DNA of 54,969 nucleotides from Bacilli bacterium (GCA_035353055.1 DAOPYW010000006.1:1-54969), one strand, 5' to 3'. Shown: positions 1 to 10,256, counted from the first letter of the stretch. Notes: generated by a model not told the origin, from the sequence alone. Numbers and translations: made by a program.

Positions 1-384
1 GTCGTTGAAGTAGGCCGGAACGGTGATGACCGCCTTGTCTATTTTGTGGCCGAGGTTTGTCTCGGCATATTTTTTCATGTAAGCGAGAACTTTGGCGGAA
101 ATCTCCTGAGGAGTGAAACTCTTATTAACACAGTTAATATGAATTCTTTCCGCACTGCCCATCTTTCTCTTGACAGAGCTGACAGTATCAGGATTGGTGA
201 CCGCTTGGCGCTTGGCGGCATTGCCGACGATCTCTTCGCCATTCGCTTTAAAAGCAACCACAGAAGGAGTGGTATTAGTGCCTTCTGGATTGGGGATGAC
301 TTTCACCGTGCCATCCGCTTGTAAGTAACTCACGACGGAGTTAGTAGTACCTAAATCGATACCTAGAATAATTTCTTTTGCCAT
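1..384 (-). CDS. dnaK: Chaperone DnaK (Hsp70), N-terminal part; runs off the window edge
   Basis: Not in the ORF track. Manual translation from ATG at 384 gives [16 protein letters not shown]...[13 protein letters not shown]...AKRQAVTNP...[21 protein letters not shown] upstream; follows grpE. Confidence 0.97.
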   Translation of the reverse strand, partial: MAKEIILGIDLGTTNSVVSYLQADGTVKVIPNPEGTNTTPSVVAFKANGEEIVGNAAKRQAVTNPDTVSSVKRKMGSAERIHINCVNKSFTPQEISAKVLAYMKKYAETNLGHKIDKAVITVPAYFND

Positions 385-401
385 AATTTAATAATTCCTC
401 C

Positions 402-1007
402 TTATGCATCGAATTTGTTTTCGGTTGGTTTTTCTGTTTCTGGTTTTTCTTCTTTGGCTTTTGGCTTAGCGGTGACGGTTACCATCGCATGTCTGATAAT
501 GAGATCGTGCAATTTGTATCCTTGGGCATAAACCTTAGCCACGCAATTCGCGTCTTTTTCGCTCTCGACCACATCCATGGCATTCATGGTCATGGGGTCG
601 AATTTGTCCCCAACTTTCGGAGCGATTTCACTCACTCCCTCGCTCTGTAATACCGACACCAGATTGCGGTATATATATTGGAATCCAGTCAGATAATTTT
701 TCAGAGCTGGATCAGTTGGTTCATTCTGCAGGGCGAGATAGAAACTGTCGAGGATGGGAAGCAAAGCTTCGATGAATCCTTCCGCGCGATATTTGATCGC
801 TCTTGACTGGTCTTTTTCCAGCCTATTTCTTAAGTTCTTTGTATCAGCAAAGGCGCGATAATATTCATTTTTCCAATGCTCGATATCGCTCTTTAGTTTG
901 CCAATTTCATTTTTGTATTCCTTGCGGTTATGAAATTCTTTGTCTTGGTTTTCTTCTTGAGAAACTTTCTCATTGAGCTTCTCGTTGTCTTTAGGCATCT
1001 CCACCAT
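402..1007 (-). CDS. grpE: Nucleotide exchange factor GrpE
   Basis: RAFADTKNLRNR, FDPMTMNAM and QGYKLHDLIIRHAMVTV motifs; between hrcA and dnaK. Start moved to ATG 1007 behind AAAGGAGG. Confidence 0.95.
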   Translation of the reverse strand: MVEMPKDNEKLNEKVSQEENQDKEFHNRKEYKNEIGKLKSDIEHWKNEYYRAFADTKNLRNRLEKDQSRAIKYRAEGFIEALLPILDSFYLALQNEPTDPALKNYLTGFQYIYRNLVSVLQSEGVSEIAPKVGDKFDPMTMNAMDVVESEKDANCVAKVYAQGYKLHDLIIRHAMVTVTAKPKAKEEKPETEKPTENKFDA

Positions 1008-2043
1008 CTTTGCCTCCTTTTTTATCATCTAGTTGTGCGAAGTATTTGTTTAGCTGCTCGGTCAAGTACTCAAGTGCGCTCAGCGCTTTATCGTAATCCA
1101 TGCGAGTCGGGCCTAATAAGGTAATCGAAGTCTCGCCTTCGCTTCCGAGTTTGACTTTCGCGGTAATCGTTGATAAGTCAGGATTACCGGTCACTTCTCC
1201 GATTTTCACCACGGGGGTGTCGCTGTCGCTCTTCAGATTGCCTTCCATCTCTTTTAATAAGGAATTATCGTTGAGCAGGCGGAACATCTTCTGGAGCTTA
1301 TCCGTGTCATTTTTAAATTCGGGATTGTTGAATAGTTCTTCTCTTCCGTACAGGGAGAGGCGATCACTCGCAAATCTCAAGAAGGTCTCAAGCAAAGCTT
1401 GGTAAACCAGATCGTGACTAACGATATAATCGTTCAGGAGAGGTTTCAAAGCTTTAATCTTTTCTACCAACTGGAAGATTGGCGTCCCTTTTAAGCGATC
1501 ATTTAATAAGGTTACACAGGCGACGATTTCCGCGGGATCAACACCTTTATCCAAGATGAAGGTTTTGTTTTCGACATAGCCTTTGTCAGTGACAAAGACC
1601 GCGGTAATGGTATTGGGACTAATCTGCACGAGCTGAACATTAGCGAGCCGCTCTTCTTTCTCGTCAGGCCCCATCACTACTGAGACCAGGGAAGTCATCT
1701 GCGAGAGTATTTCGCAGCTTGATTTCAGCACTTCCTCGATCGACTGAATCTTGGCGGCTAAGATGTTTTGGAGCGAGTATTTTAGATCCTCGTCCACGCT
1801 CTTATCGCGCAGGTGATCGCAGTAATAGCGATAGCCTTGAGCGCTAGGTGCACGGCCGCTAGAAGTATGAGTTTTTTCAATCAGCCCTAGCTTTTCTAGC
1901 GCGAACATCTCATTGCGGATAGTCGCCGAAGAATAAGGGAGATGATATTCATCAATCAAAGTTTGGCTGCCCACTGGTTGAGCGTGTTTAATAAAGTACT
2001 CAACAATATATTTGAGAATCGTATCGCTTCGATTTAAAGCCAT
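991..2043 (-). CDS. hrcA: Heat-inducible transcription repressor HrcA
   Basis: PVGSQTL, SSATIRNEM, HTSSGRAPS and LGPTRMDY motifs. ATG 2043 behind AGGAGG; CIRCE upstream. Confidence 0.96.
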   Translation of the reverse strand: MALNRSDTILKYIVEYFIKHAQPVGSQTLIDEYHLPYSSATIRNEMFALEKLGLIEKTHTSSGRAPSAQGYRYYCDHLRDKSVDEDLKYSLQNILAAKIQSIEEVLKSSCEILSQMTSLVSVVMGPDEKEERLANVQLVQISPNTITAVFVTDKGYVENKTFILDKGVDPAEIVACVTLLNDRLKGTPIFQLVEKIKALKPLLNDYIVSHDLVYQALLETFLRFASDRLSLYGREELFNNPEFKNDTDKLQKMFRLLNDNSLLKEMEGNLKSDSDTPVVKIGEVTGNPDLSTITAKVKLGSEGETSITLLGPTRMDYDKALSALEYLTEQLNKYFAQLDDKKGGKDGGDA

Positions 2044-2057
2044 ATCATTTCCTCCTT

Positions 2058-2084
2058 TTAGCACTCTTTAATCTCAAGTGCTAG
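2058..2084 (-). promoter_or_regulatory. CIRCE element (HrcA operator), downstream of the -10 box
   Basis: TTAGCACTC-N9-AAGTGCTAG versus consensus TTAGCACTC-N9-GAGTGCTAA. Confidence 0.9.
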
Positions 2085-2088
2085 TATC

Positions 2089-2116
2089 ATTATATTTTTT
2101 TTGTTAGCAGTGTCAA
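2089..2116 (-). promoter_or_regulatory. SigA-type promoter of hrcA-grpE-dnaK
   Basis: Minus strand TTGACA (2111-2116), 16 nt spacer, TATAAT (2089-2094). Confidence 0.8.
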
Positions 2117-2130
2117 GGGTTAATTGCTAA
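2104..2130 (-). promoter_or_regulatory. Second, degenerate CIRCE overlapping the -35 box
   Basis: TTAGCAGTG-N9-AATTGCTAA; outer TTAGCA/TGCTAA intact with 9 nt spacer. Confidence 0.65.
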
Positions 2131-2192
2131 AAAATTAAAAAAATGGGTTCTAGCCCCATGTTTTGTTAAAACAATATATAAGGAAAAGGCGC

Positions 2193-3296
2193 TTATTCGC
2201 TCATGAGCGCGAGGATCATTTGATCGAGAATCATCATCCCTTCATAGGTTGGAATCAAGTGTTCGCCTTCGATTTTAGCTAGCCCTTGTTCCAAAAAAGA
2301 ATCGATGCTTTTTTGATGCTCAGTGAGGAAATCTTCGCCGAAGCGCTTCTGATATTCTTCGAAAGATAGGCCAAAAATCGTTCTTAGCGACAGCATGATG
2401 TAATAAGTCTTGTCGTCTTCGTAGGTGACTAATTCTCGGCTATCCAAAAATGCACCATCGTTATATTTGGTGATGCTGTAGGTATTGCGGTAGCGATACT
2501 TGCCGATGAAACCACTAGCGCCCAGGCCAATGCCGTAATACTGCTCATCCTTCCAATAAGTCATGTTATGAAGGCTATAATAATTGGGCTTTGCCCAGTT
2601 GCTTACTTCGTAATGGACGTATCCGGCTTCCTTTAGTTTGTCGGCAATTAAATCGTATAGTTCGCGAGAGAAATCATCGCTGACTTCTTTGAAGCCGTCG
2701 AGATAAAATTTGGTGTGAGGATGGATGGTGAGCGAGTAGCAGGAAATGTGCTCTACTCCTAAAGCTATCAGTCGATCAATGTCCATTGAAAGGAGTTTTT
2801 TGTCCACTTGCGGCAAGCCTAAAATCAAATCGACATTGATATTACTAAAGCCTAATTCTCTAGCGCTTTTAATCACGTTTTTGACATCTTCGAAAGTGTG
2901 ATGGCGATTGAGAAGTTTGAGAATTCTCTCGTCGGTGGATTCCACTCCCAGGGAGATGCGGTTGACTCCGTATTTCTTTAATAGTACTAATTTGCTGTGT
3001 GTGAGCGATTCGGGATTAGCTTCGACAGTGAATTCTTTCACGCCTTTTAGATAGGGCTGAACCATCTTTAAAAGTTCTTCAAATAAATCATCTTCTAAAG
3101 CAGTGGGAGTTCCTCCCCCAATATAGATGGTATCCAAGCGATGGTTGATGGCATAGCCATCTAATTCTTCTTTGAGCTTCGCGAGATATTTCTTGGCCAA
3201 ATAAGTAAAATACTGCAACTTTGGGAAGTCGCAGTAATGGCAAATGTGTTCACAAAATGGAATGTGAATGTAGAGGGATAATGGCTTACTTATCAT
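2193..3296 (-). CDS. hemW: Radical SAM heme chaperone HemW (HemN-like)
   Basis: LYIHIPFCEHICHYCDF (CxxxCxxC), YIGGGTPT, YEVSNW; canonical position upstream of hrcA. Start set at ATG 3296 (MISKPLSL). Confidence 0.9.
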   Translation of the reverse strand: MISKPLSLYIHIPFCEHICHYCDFPKLQYFTYLAKKYLAKLKEELDGYAINHRLDTIYIGGGTPTALEDDLFEELLKMVQPYLKGVKEFTVEANPESLTHSKLVLLKKYGVNRISLGVESTDERILKLLNRHHTFEDVKNVIKSARELGFSNINVDLILGLPQVDKKLLSMDIDRLIALGVEHISCYSLTIHPHTKFYLDGFKEVSDDFSRELYDLIADKLKEAGYVHYEVSNWAKPNYYSLHNMTYWKDEQYYGIGLGASGFIGKYRYRNTYSITKYNDGAFLDSRELVTYEDDKTYYIMLSLRTIFGLSFEEYQKRFGEDFLTEHQKSIDSFLEQGLAKIEGEHLIPTYEGMMILDQMILALMSE

Positions 3297-3507
3297 CTTC
3301 CTTATCTTTGTAATTGCTAATTTCATTAGCAGTCTTTTCATCATCAATTGGGACAAGGACGCGATCTAATTCTTCTTTGATAATTTCTTTCTCATCTTTT
3401 TTCTCTTCTTTGAGCTTGGGATGCATGACGCGGTGAATGATAAAGGCAATCAAGGCGATGATAGCCGCGGCGATGATGATAATAATAAATATTAATAAAT
3501 TCTCCAT
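3286..3507 (-). CDS. Small single-pass membrane protein, unknown function
   Basis: 73 aa; hydrophobic N-terminus (LLIFIIIIIAAAIIALIAFII) then a charged tail. AAAGGA upstream; overlaps the hemW start. Confidence 0.75.
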   Translation of the reverse strand: MENLLIFIIIIIAAAIIALIAFIIHRVMHPKLKEEKKDEKEIIKEELDRVLVPIDDEKTANEISNYKDKEDDK

Positions 3508-3519
3508 AAGAGTTCCTTT

Positions 3520-5004
3520 CTAGTTTCGGGGAATGGGAGTATAAACGTTTTTGTTTTTCACCATTTCCTTACGATAATACCCTAAGTCCATCAAATGGTC
3601 CATACTTGTTCGCGCGGTCTCATAGGCACACCCCAGCGCCTTCTTGCATTGGGCGATGGTATACTTCTTGCCTAAAGTGCAGTGGCGAGCATAGAATTTT
3701 GCTTCATTGCGCTTTAAAGAAGGATCTAATTCCAAAAGGTGCTCTTCTAATCGGCAAGCTTGCTTTTCATCAAGCACAGGAGGAATATAGCTGACAGCGA
3801 TCTTTTCTATTTGAACCTCGCGAGTCTCCACTTTTTCCACGGCTGGAGCTATTGGAGCTTCTTTCTTTTCAAGAACAGGGGCGACTTTCTTCTCGATTAT
3901 GGGCTCTTTTGGAGCGATAACAGTGATGATTGGGTGATCTTCTTCAACAGGGATTGGATCATGGCGAACTTCGACTTTTGGGGCAGCGCTTTCGCTGGCC
4001 ACTTCTTCGGCGCGATAATAATCTTTTTTCATCTGCTCGCTGCTGCGATTAGCGATGTAATCGAGAACTTTTTCGCATTTGTCATCGATATAAGCAACCG
4101 CATAGTTCACAAAATAGGTCAAATCATTGGTTTTTTGGACTTCTAGGAAGAGTTTAGCGATCACATCTTGATTCTCTGTGAGGAGTGACTCTAAGGGGAT
4201 GAGAGCCCCGAATTCTGAAAGCCCAGAATGCGCTAGAACAGCCTTAGCCATCAATAAAGCGATTTCATCGCTAAAAGATGGGAATGGGCGAATGTAGTTG
4301 ATGTAATAATAGGTGGCGATGCTCTTGACGAGACCGCTGCCTTTTCCGCCTTGAATAAATGCGAACAGGCCATTCATTAAGGATTCGATTAAATTAACAG
4401 GAGCACAAGTGTAAACGCGATCAATAATCACGCGATTTTCGGGGTTTTTATCATCAGTGGTCCGATAGAAGCTCGTCAGCTCTGGATTGCCGATTAACTT
4501 AGCATATAATTCCGCCAAGAAATCTATGTCGATGGGGCTAGAAAATTTGCTCTTAATTAAGGTTAGGGCGTTCAAATAATGCAATAAAATGCGATGTGTG
4601 CTAGAAATCTCTCGCATATCGCCTTGCACTAAAGTCCTCAGATATGGTTCAGTCACATCTAGATCATATTTGTCGGCGATGGACTGGAGTGATTTGATTA
4701 AACAGGCATCTTCAAATTGCTTGACATCACCATTGTTGGGATTCATGCGCATATATTCGCGGAGGATGCGAAGGAGCTTGGCATCTAGTTCATTAATCGA
4801 ACCCGTGACTGTCGGACAATAGCAGACCAAAAAAGAATTGCGATCGATACTTTTGATATTCAGATATTGATTGAAAGCGCTGCGATAAGAAAGGATGTTG
4901 GCCCAGATATTATCGATTAGCGACATTTTCAGTTCTTTGCTGACTTCAATGCGAGTCGAATATTTATTCTCGGTAAAACGAATTGCTAAATCATTGTTGC
5001 CCAT
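3520..5004 (-). CDS. Fic-fold-like protein with degenerate catalytic motif and probable C-terminal winged HTH
   Basis: YYYINYIRPFPSFSDEIALLMA sits where HPFxDGNGR is expected and is preceded by a typical helical Fic core. Pro/Glu/Lys-rich linker; C-terminal YTIAQCKKALGCAYETARTSMDHL looks like an HTH. Confidence 0.65.
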   Translation of the reverse strand: MGNNDLAIRFTENKYSTRIEVSKELKMSLIDNIWANILSYRSAFNQYLNIKSIDRNSFLVCYCPTVTGSINELDAKLLRILREYMRMNPNNGDVKQFEDACLIKSLQSIADKYDLDVTEPYLRTLVQGDMREISSTHRILLHYLNALTLIKSKFSSPIDIDFLAELYAKLIGNPELTSFYRTTDDKNPENRVIIDRVYTCAPVNLIESLMNGLFAFIQGGKGSGLVKSIATYYYINYIRPFPSFSDEIALLMAKAVLAHSGLSEFGALIPLESLLTENQDVIAKLFLEVQKTNDLTYFVNYAVAYIDDKCEKVLDYIANRSSEQMKKDYYRAEEVASESAAPKVEVRHDPIPVEEDHPIITVIAPKEPIIEKKVAPVLEKKEAPIAPAVEKVETREVQIEKIAVSYIPPVLDEKQACRLEEHLLELDPSLKRNEAKFYARHCTLGKKYTIAQCKKALGCAYETARTSMDHLMDLGYYRKEMVKNKNVYTPIPRN

Positions 5005-5099
5005 AAAAGATACCTCTTTCTGGCTTTATTATATAAACAATTAGAAAAACAACGCAAGTATAAAACCAAAATAACTACTAATATTCTACTAAATTAAAA

Positions 5100-6914
5100 C
5101 TAATTATCCTCGTCGTCAATCGATAAGATTGACATAAAGGCTTCTTGGGGAACTTCGACTGATCCGATCTTTTTCATCCTTTTCTTGCCTTCTTTTTGCT
5201 TTTCTAGAAGCTTTTTTTTGCGAGAAATATCTCCGCCATAGCATTTAGCTAAGACATCTTTTCGGACCGCTTTGACATCGCATCTAGCAATTACTTTCCC
5301 GCCGATAGCGGCTTGAATTGGAATTTCAAATTGCTGTCTAGGTATGACTTCTTTAATCTTGCGAATGACTCCTAATCCTCTTTTGTAACCATCGGGGCGA
5401 TAGATGATGCTGCTGAGAGCATCGACTACGGTTCCGTTGAGCATAACATCGAGCTTGACGAGCTCGCTCTGGCGGTAGGAAGAATATTCATAGTCGAAAG
5501 AAGCATAACCTTTTGTATAGCTCTTTAATTTATCAAAGAAATTATAAATAATTTCTGCTAGAGGCAATTCGTAAGTTAAGATCATTCTGGTCTCATCGAA
5601 ATACTCTAAGTTTTCGTAGATGCCGCGCCTCTCTTGACAGAGCTCCATAATCGCTCCTATATATTCTCTGGGAGTCATGATTGAAGCTTTGACATAAGGC
5701 TCTTCGATGTGATCAATTCGCGAGCTATCTGGCAGCTTACTGGGGTTGTCCAAATTAATGATAGTCCCGTCGGTCATATGGATGTGATAGATAACGCTGG
5801 GGGCGGTCAATATTAAATCGAGGTCATATTCTCTCTCCAAGCGCTCCTGAATGATGTCCATATGGAGGAGGCCGAGAAAACCACAGCGGAAGCCAAAGCC
5901 TAAGGCTTGGCTGGATTCAGCTACGTATTGCAAAGAAGCATCGCTTAAAGATAGTTTGTCCAGCGCGTCTTTTAATTCGTGATAATCATCAGAATAAACC
6001 GGATATAATCCGCAGAATACCATCGGGTTCATCACGCGATAACCGGGCAAAGCTTTCGCGGCTGGGCGAATGACATGGGTGACGGTATCGCCAGGATGGA
6101 CGTCCTTGATGTCTTTAATTTGAGCGCATAAATAGCCGACTTCTCCAGCGGAGAGACTGTCGACTTTTATTGGGTGCGAGCCATGGATTCCTAATTCGGT
6201 GACCTGATATTTTTTATTAGCTTGCATCAGGCAAATATCATTGCCAATTTCTACTTTGCCATCCATGATGCGAATGAGAATTACTACTCCTCGGTAAGAA
6301 TCGTAATAGCTATCAAAAATCAAAGCCTTTAAAGGAGCATCGACATCGCCATGAGGCGGTGGAACATCTTTGACGATGGTCTCTAAGAGTTCATGGATGT
6401 GAAAACCGGTCTTAGCCGATACTTCGACGACATCGGTGCAATCAATGCCAATCTTCTCTTCGATTTCGTGGCGGCATAAGTCAGGTCTAGCGCTCGGCAA
6501 ATCAATTTTATTGATGACTGGCAAGATTGCTAAATCATTGTCGATGGCCAGATAAGTATTCGCGAGGGTTTGGGCTTCCACACCTTGCGTGGCATCCACC
6601 ACCAAAATCGCCCCTTCGCAAGCGGCTAAAGAACGAGATACTTCGTAGGTGAAGTCGACATGCCCAGGAGTGTCAATTAAGTTAAAAATATAAGTATTGC
6701 CATCATCAGCGTGATAATTCAGAGTTACCGCATTGAGCTTGATGGTAATGCCTCTTTCTCTTTCCAGCTCCATGGAATCGAGGATTTGCTCTTTCATTTC
6801 CCGCTGTTCGATGGTGCCAGTCGCTTCTAAAATTCGGTCCGCAAGAGTGCTCTTGCCGTGATCGATATGAGCGATGATGGAGAAGTTTCGTATTTTCTTT
6901 TGATCAATATTCAT
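5100..6914 (-). CDS. lepA: Elongation factor 4 (LepA)
   Basis: [57 protein letters not shown]. Confidence 0.98.
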   Translation of the reverse strand: MNIDQKKIRNFSIIAHIDHGKSTLADRILEATGTIEQREMKEQILDSMELERERGITIKLNAVTLNYHADDGNTYIFNLIDTPGHVDFTYEVSRSLAACEGAILVVDATQGVEAQTLANTYLAIDNDLAILPVINKIDLPSARPDLCRHEIEEKIGIDCTDVVEVSAKTGFHIHELLETIVKDVPPPHGDVDAPLKALIFDSYYDSYRGVVILIRIMDGKVEIGNDICLMQANKKYQVTELGIHGSHPIKVDSLSAGEVGYLCAQIKDIKDVHPGDTVTHVIRPAAKALPGYRVMNPMVFCGLYPVYSDDYHELKDALDKLSLSDASLQYVAESSQALGFGFRCGFLGLLHMDIIQERLEREYDLDLILTAPSVIYHIHMTDGTIINLDNPSKLPDSSRIDHIEEPYVKASIMTPREYIGAIMELCQERRGIYENLEYFDETRMILTYELPLAEIIYNFFDKLKSYTKGYASFDYEYSSYRQSELVKLDVMLNGTVVDALSSIIYRPDGYKRGLGVIRKIKEVIPRQQFEIPIQAAIGGKVIARCDVKAVRKDVLAKCYGGDISRKKKLLEKQKEGKKRMKKIGSVEVPQEAFMSILSIDDEDN

Positions 6915-6941
6915 ATTTGCTCGGGTATTATAGCATAAAAG

Positions 6942-9278
6942 TTATTTCTTAAAGAATTTTAAGAGATGATTTGTCACTTCTTGAGAATTGAGAACCACGA
7001 GATAATTGCTCCACTCGACGCGGAAGAGGTCTTGATATTGGCGATACATGTACCTTTCATCGATCAGAAGAGCGGCCCCGCGGTCCTCTTCGCTTCTGAT
7101 CACTCTTCCCACCGCTTGCATGACTTTATTCATGCCGGGATTGAGATAGGCGTAATCGTGGCCTGGTTTCTCTTGCTTTTTATAGTAAGCGGCTATTTGG
7201 TCGCTCTCAAAGTTGATGCGCGGCATTCCAATTCCGATAATCACCGCCCCGATTAAGCGGTCATCGATGAGATTGATGCCTTCGGCAAAAGAGCCACCGA
7301 TCACTAAAAAGCCCACCGTTGTCTCAACAGGATGACTGGTGAAGTGATTGAGGAAATCCTCCTTCTCTTCGTCGGTCATATCGCGGTTTTGACGGTAGAA
7401 AACAAAATCTTTATCGGAGAAGAATCCCAGAAGTTTTTCCAAGTATTCATAGCTGGGGGTGTAGACAAAATAGTTGCCAGTTTTGACACCGGTAAAGGCG
7501 CGGATGTATTCCGCCACTTCTTCGTAGGAAGCTTCGCGATTTTTGTATTTGACTGATACTTTTGGCGCCACCATTAATTTAAAATTACTAGCGGGAAATG
7601 GCGAGGGCAGAATCAAAGTCGGATCGCTGTCCTTTTTCCCTCCGAGAGTATCGATGAAATATTCGATAGGGGATAGAGTCGCAGAGAAGAAGACGCTCCC
7701 TTTTAAGCGATCGGTCATCGATGAGATAAAATGTGAAGCATCCAAACAAAATAGATGAATCTTGATATCATCACCAACCTGATAATAGGCGATGTATCTC
7801 TCGCTATAAAACTCGCTGATTCGCATGAAACGATTCGCTTCAAGATAGAATTCTAATAGATCTTTGCTGACGACTTCGTGCTCATTCTTATTGAGATCTT
7901 GCATCAGGTTGATAAAAGAAGTGAGAAGCTTGAAATTCTCTTCAGGCAGATCTTCCAAAATCGTATTCCCCTCAGGATTAGATGTTGTGATTTCTTGGAA
8001 CATCTTGTCCAGTTTGCTCATCATCTTTTTCAATCGTGAATGCTTGACTTTACGTATCGACTTGCGAGCTTTTAAAAAGGCGATATAGCTGACAGAAGCG
8101 CTATACATATCTCTAGAGCGGTCAACGAGATTGTGAGCTTCATCGACCAAGGCTAAGAAATGGCTGGCATCTTCATCAAAGTACCTTTTCATATATGAAA
8201 TAGGGTCAAATACATAATTGTAATCGCAGATAATTAAGTCGCAGAACAAGGATAAATCGAGTTCTAGTTCAAAAGGGCAAAGCTCGTTCTCTCTAGCTAT
8301 TTTCACGATGGTTTCATAATTAAAAGTGGAATGATCGAGGAGAGATTGCTTTAAGACGCTCTGAATCTTATTGTAATATCCCTTCGCAAAGGGGCATTCA
8401 TCTGGATTGCAGGCTTGACCAGAAGAAAAGCATATTTTATCTTTTGCGGTCACCACTATGTCGTTTAAAACGAGCGATTTGCTCTTCAGCAGTTCCGCCG
8501 CTTCATAAGCTGCTTCTTTTCCCGATGTCTTAGCGGTCAGATAAAAGATCTTGCTGTGCTCATCATCGCTGAGAGATTTGATAAACGGAAAGAGCGTCGA
8601 CATGGTCTTGCCAATTCCAGTAGGCGCTTCGCAGTAGAAGCGACCACCATTTTTAGTGATTCCGTAGGCATATTTAGCTAGCTCTCTTTGACCTCGACGA
8701 TACTTGTCGAAAGGAAACTGCATATTTTTGATTGAGATATCGCGCTCTTCCTGATGGCGGAAGACGATATTCATAAAAGCGAGATAATCATATAGGAGCC
8801 CGTAGACGAATTGCTCTAGCTCCTCTTTGAGAAAGCTGTAGTAATCGACCATTCGTTCTTTTTCTTTGCCTTGGCGAATATAAGTCATTCTCACACCGAC
8901 ATGAGAGAGATGCTGCTCATAGAGAAACATCAGGGCATAGCATTTAGCCTGCCCTAGATGCCATTCGTTATTTTCTTCCCTGAAAGTCCCTAAATCCACG
9001 ACCGAAGATTTAATCTCGTCAATGAGGAATTCATCGGCATCTTTTTTGATGACTCCATCAGCCCGCCCCTGCAGCTCAATTGTCACTTCGTCGATGACAA
9101 AAGTATGCTTCAAAGGATATTCGCTGATGTACTCGCTGCCTTGCTTTTCTTGAAAGCTGGCGTGGATGCGGCTGCCTTCTTGCATCGAGCTGCGGTTAAA
9201 GACGCGATTATCGATATCACCTTTGCGCAAAAGAAAGTCCACGAGTTGATGAACTGATAATTCCAGTGATTTATTCAT
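6942..9278 (-). CDS. DinG/XPD-family Fe-S helicase with N-terminal PD-(D/E)xK nuclease-like domain
   Basis: APTGIGKT, DEAH, ICFSSGQAC...ECPF...CPF, QAVGRVIR; N-terminal GRADG...IDEIKS...QAKCY. Confidence 0.88.
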   Translation of the reverse strand: MNKSLELSVHQLVDFLLRKGDIDNRVFNRSSMQEGSRIHASFQEKQGSEYISEYPLKHTFVIDEVTIELQGRADGVIKKDADEFLIDEIKSSVVDLGTFREENNEWHLGQAKCYALMFLYEQHLSHVGVRMTYIRQGKEKERMVDYYSFLKEELEQFVYGLLYDYLAFMNIVFRHQEERDISIKNMQFPFDKYRRGQRELAKYAYGITKNGGRFYCEAPTGIGKTMSTLFPFIKSLSDDEHSKIFYLTAKTSGKEAAYEAAELLKSKSLVLNDIVVTAKDKICFSSGQACNPDECPFAKGYYNKIQSVLKQSLLDHSTFNYETIVKIARENELCPFELELDLSLFCDLIICDYNYVFDPISYMKRYFDEDASHFLALVDEAHNLVDRSRDMYSASVSYIAFLKARKSIRKVKHSRLKKMMSKLDKMFQEITTSNPEGNTILEDLPEENFKLLTSFINLMQDLNKNEHEVVSKDLLEFYLEANRFMRISEFYSERYIAYYQVGDDIKIHLFCLDASHFISSMTDRLKGSVFFSATLSPIEYFIDTLGGKKDSDPTLILPSPFPASNFKLMVAPKVSVKYKNREASYEEVAEYIRAFTGVKTGNYFVYTPSYEYLEKLLGFFSDKDFVFYRQNRDMTDEEKEDFLNHFTSHPVETTVGFLVIGGSFAEGINLIDDRLIGAVIIGIGMPRINFESDQIAAYYKKQEKPGHDYAYLNPGMNKVMQAVGRVIRSEEDRGAALLIDERYMYRQYQDLFRVEWSNYLVVLNSQEVTNHLLKFFKK

Positions 9279-9290
9279 AAGAATATAGTA

Positions 9291-9319
9291 AAGAAAAAGA
9301 CTAGTTATTGCTAGTCTTT
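9291..9319 (-). terminator. Intrinsic terminator after fmt
   Basis: AAAGACTAG/CTAGTCTTT 9 bp stem, 6 nt loop, followed by a U-run on the minus strand. Confidence 0.7.
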
Positions 9320-10256
9320 ACTCGAAGATTCGCCCGAATAATTGATGGTTCCCATTAATAAATGAGCGATAATCCATTCTTTTTTTGCCTTCTTTTTGAA
9401 CTTCCAGCAAGGAGAGTTGCCCTCCGTTCAATTGAATGACGAGGCCGTCTTTGTCGGCCTTGATAACCTCGCCTACTTGTCCTTTAGCAGGCAATTTAAC
9501 TAATTCAGCGCGGAATACTTTGATCTTTGCCCCATCGAGGATGAAATACGCTCCTGGTCTATCGCTGAGAGCTCTAATCCAGCCGAGGATTTGGTCGGCT
9601 TCTTGGGACAGATCGATTCTCTCTTGTTCGATTTTAATTGTCGGAGCAAAAGTGATCAGGTTCTCGTTTTGCAGTTCTCCCGGCAGTTGGCCATCGACAT
9701 ATAAGGGCAAATTTTCCAAGATTAAGTCTTTGGCAGCCAACCCCATCTTTTTAAATAGCGAGGTGGCATTATCATCTGGTGTTATCTCGACTTTTTGCTT
9801 CGCATACATGCGCCCTGCATCCATTTCAGCAATCATTTCCATGAGTGTCATTCCCGTCATTTTCTCATTATTGATGAGAGCGTATTGAATAGGCGCAGCG
9901 CCACGATATTTAGGAAGCAGCGAGCCATGGAGATTTAGGCATCCGTATTTAGGAATGTCCAAAAGACCTTGGGGAACAATTTGCCCATAGGCTAGAGTGA
10001 TGATTAAATCAGGTTCCAAATCTTTGACGAATTCATATTCCTTGCGTATTTTTAAAGGCTGAAAAACAGGAATTCCATATTTTTCGGCCACTAATTTTGT
10101 CGGTACTTTTTCGAGTTCGCCATGCCTTCCGACGGGCCGATCTGGCTGAGCGATGAGCCCGACAAAATGATAGCCATCTTCAATCATGGATTCGAACACA
10201 TAAGCGCTGATGCGGGGGGTGCCCATAAATACAAGGCGTAGATTTTCTTTTTCCAT
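9318..10256 (-). CDS. fmt: Methionyl-tRNA formyltransferase
   Basis: VFMGTP, QPDRPVGR, AYGQI, NLHGSLLPKYRGAAPIQ, MDAG. Confidence 0.96.
   Translation of the reverse strand: MEKENLRLVFMGTPRISAYVFESMIEDGYHFVGLIAQPDRPVGRHGELEKVPTKLVAEKYGIPVFQPLKIRKEYEFVKDLEPDLIITLAYGQIVPQGLLDIPKYGCLNLHGSLLPKYRGAAPIQYALINNEKMTGMTLMEMIAEMDAGRMYAKQKVEITPDDNATSLFKKMGLAAKDLILENLPLYVDGQLPGELQNENLITFAPTIKIEQERIDLSQEADQILGWIRALSDRPGAYFILDGAKIKVFRAELVKLPAKGQVGEVIKADKDGLVIQLNGGQLSLLEVQKEGKKRMDYRSFINGNHQLFGRIFE

Noticed and set aside
46-324. ORFs 46..324 (+) and 75..257 (-)
   Set aside because: Shadow or off-frame ORFs over dnaK, whose true frame (1..384, minus) is absent from the track because it runs off the edge.
3297-3356. 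N-terminal extension of hemW in the ORF track
   Set aside because: Overlaps the upstream small gene; homology begins at MISKPLSLYIH.
6942-9278. Cas4/CasDinG or CRISPR association of the nuclease-DinG gene
   Set aside because: No repeat array or cas genes in the window; housekeeping context.
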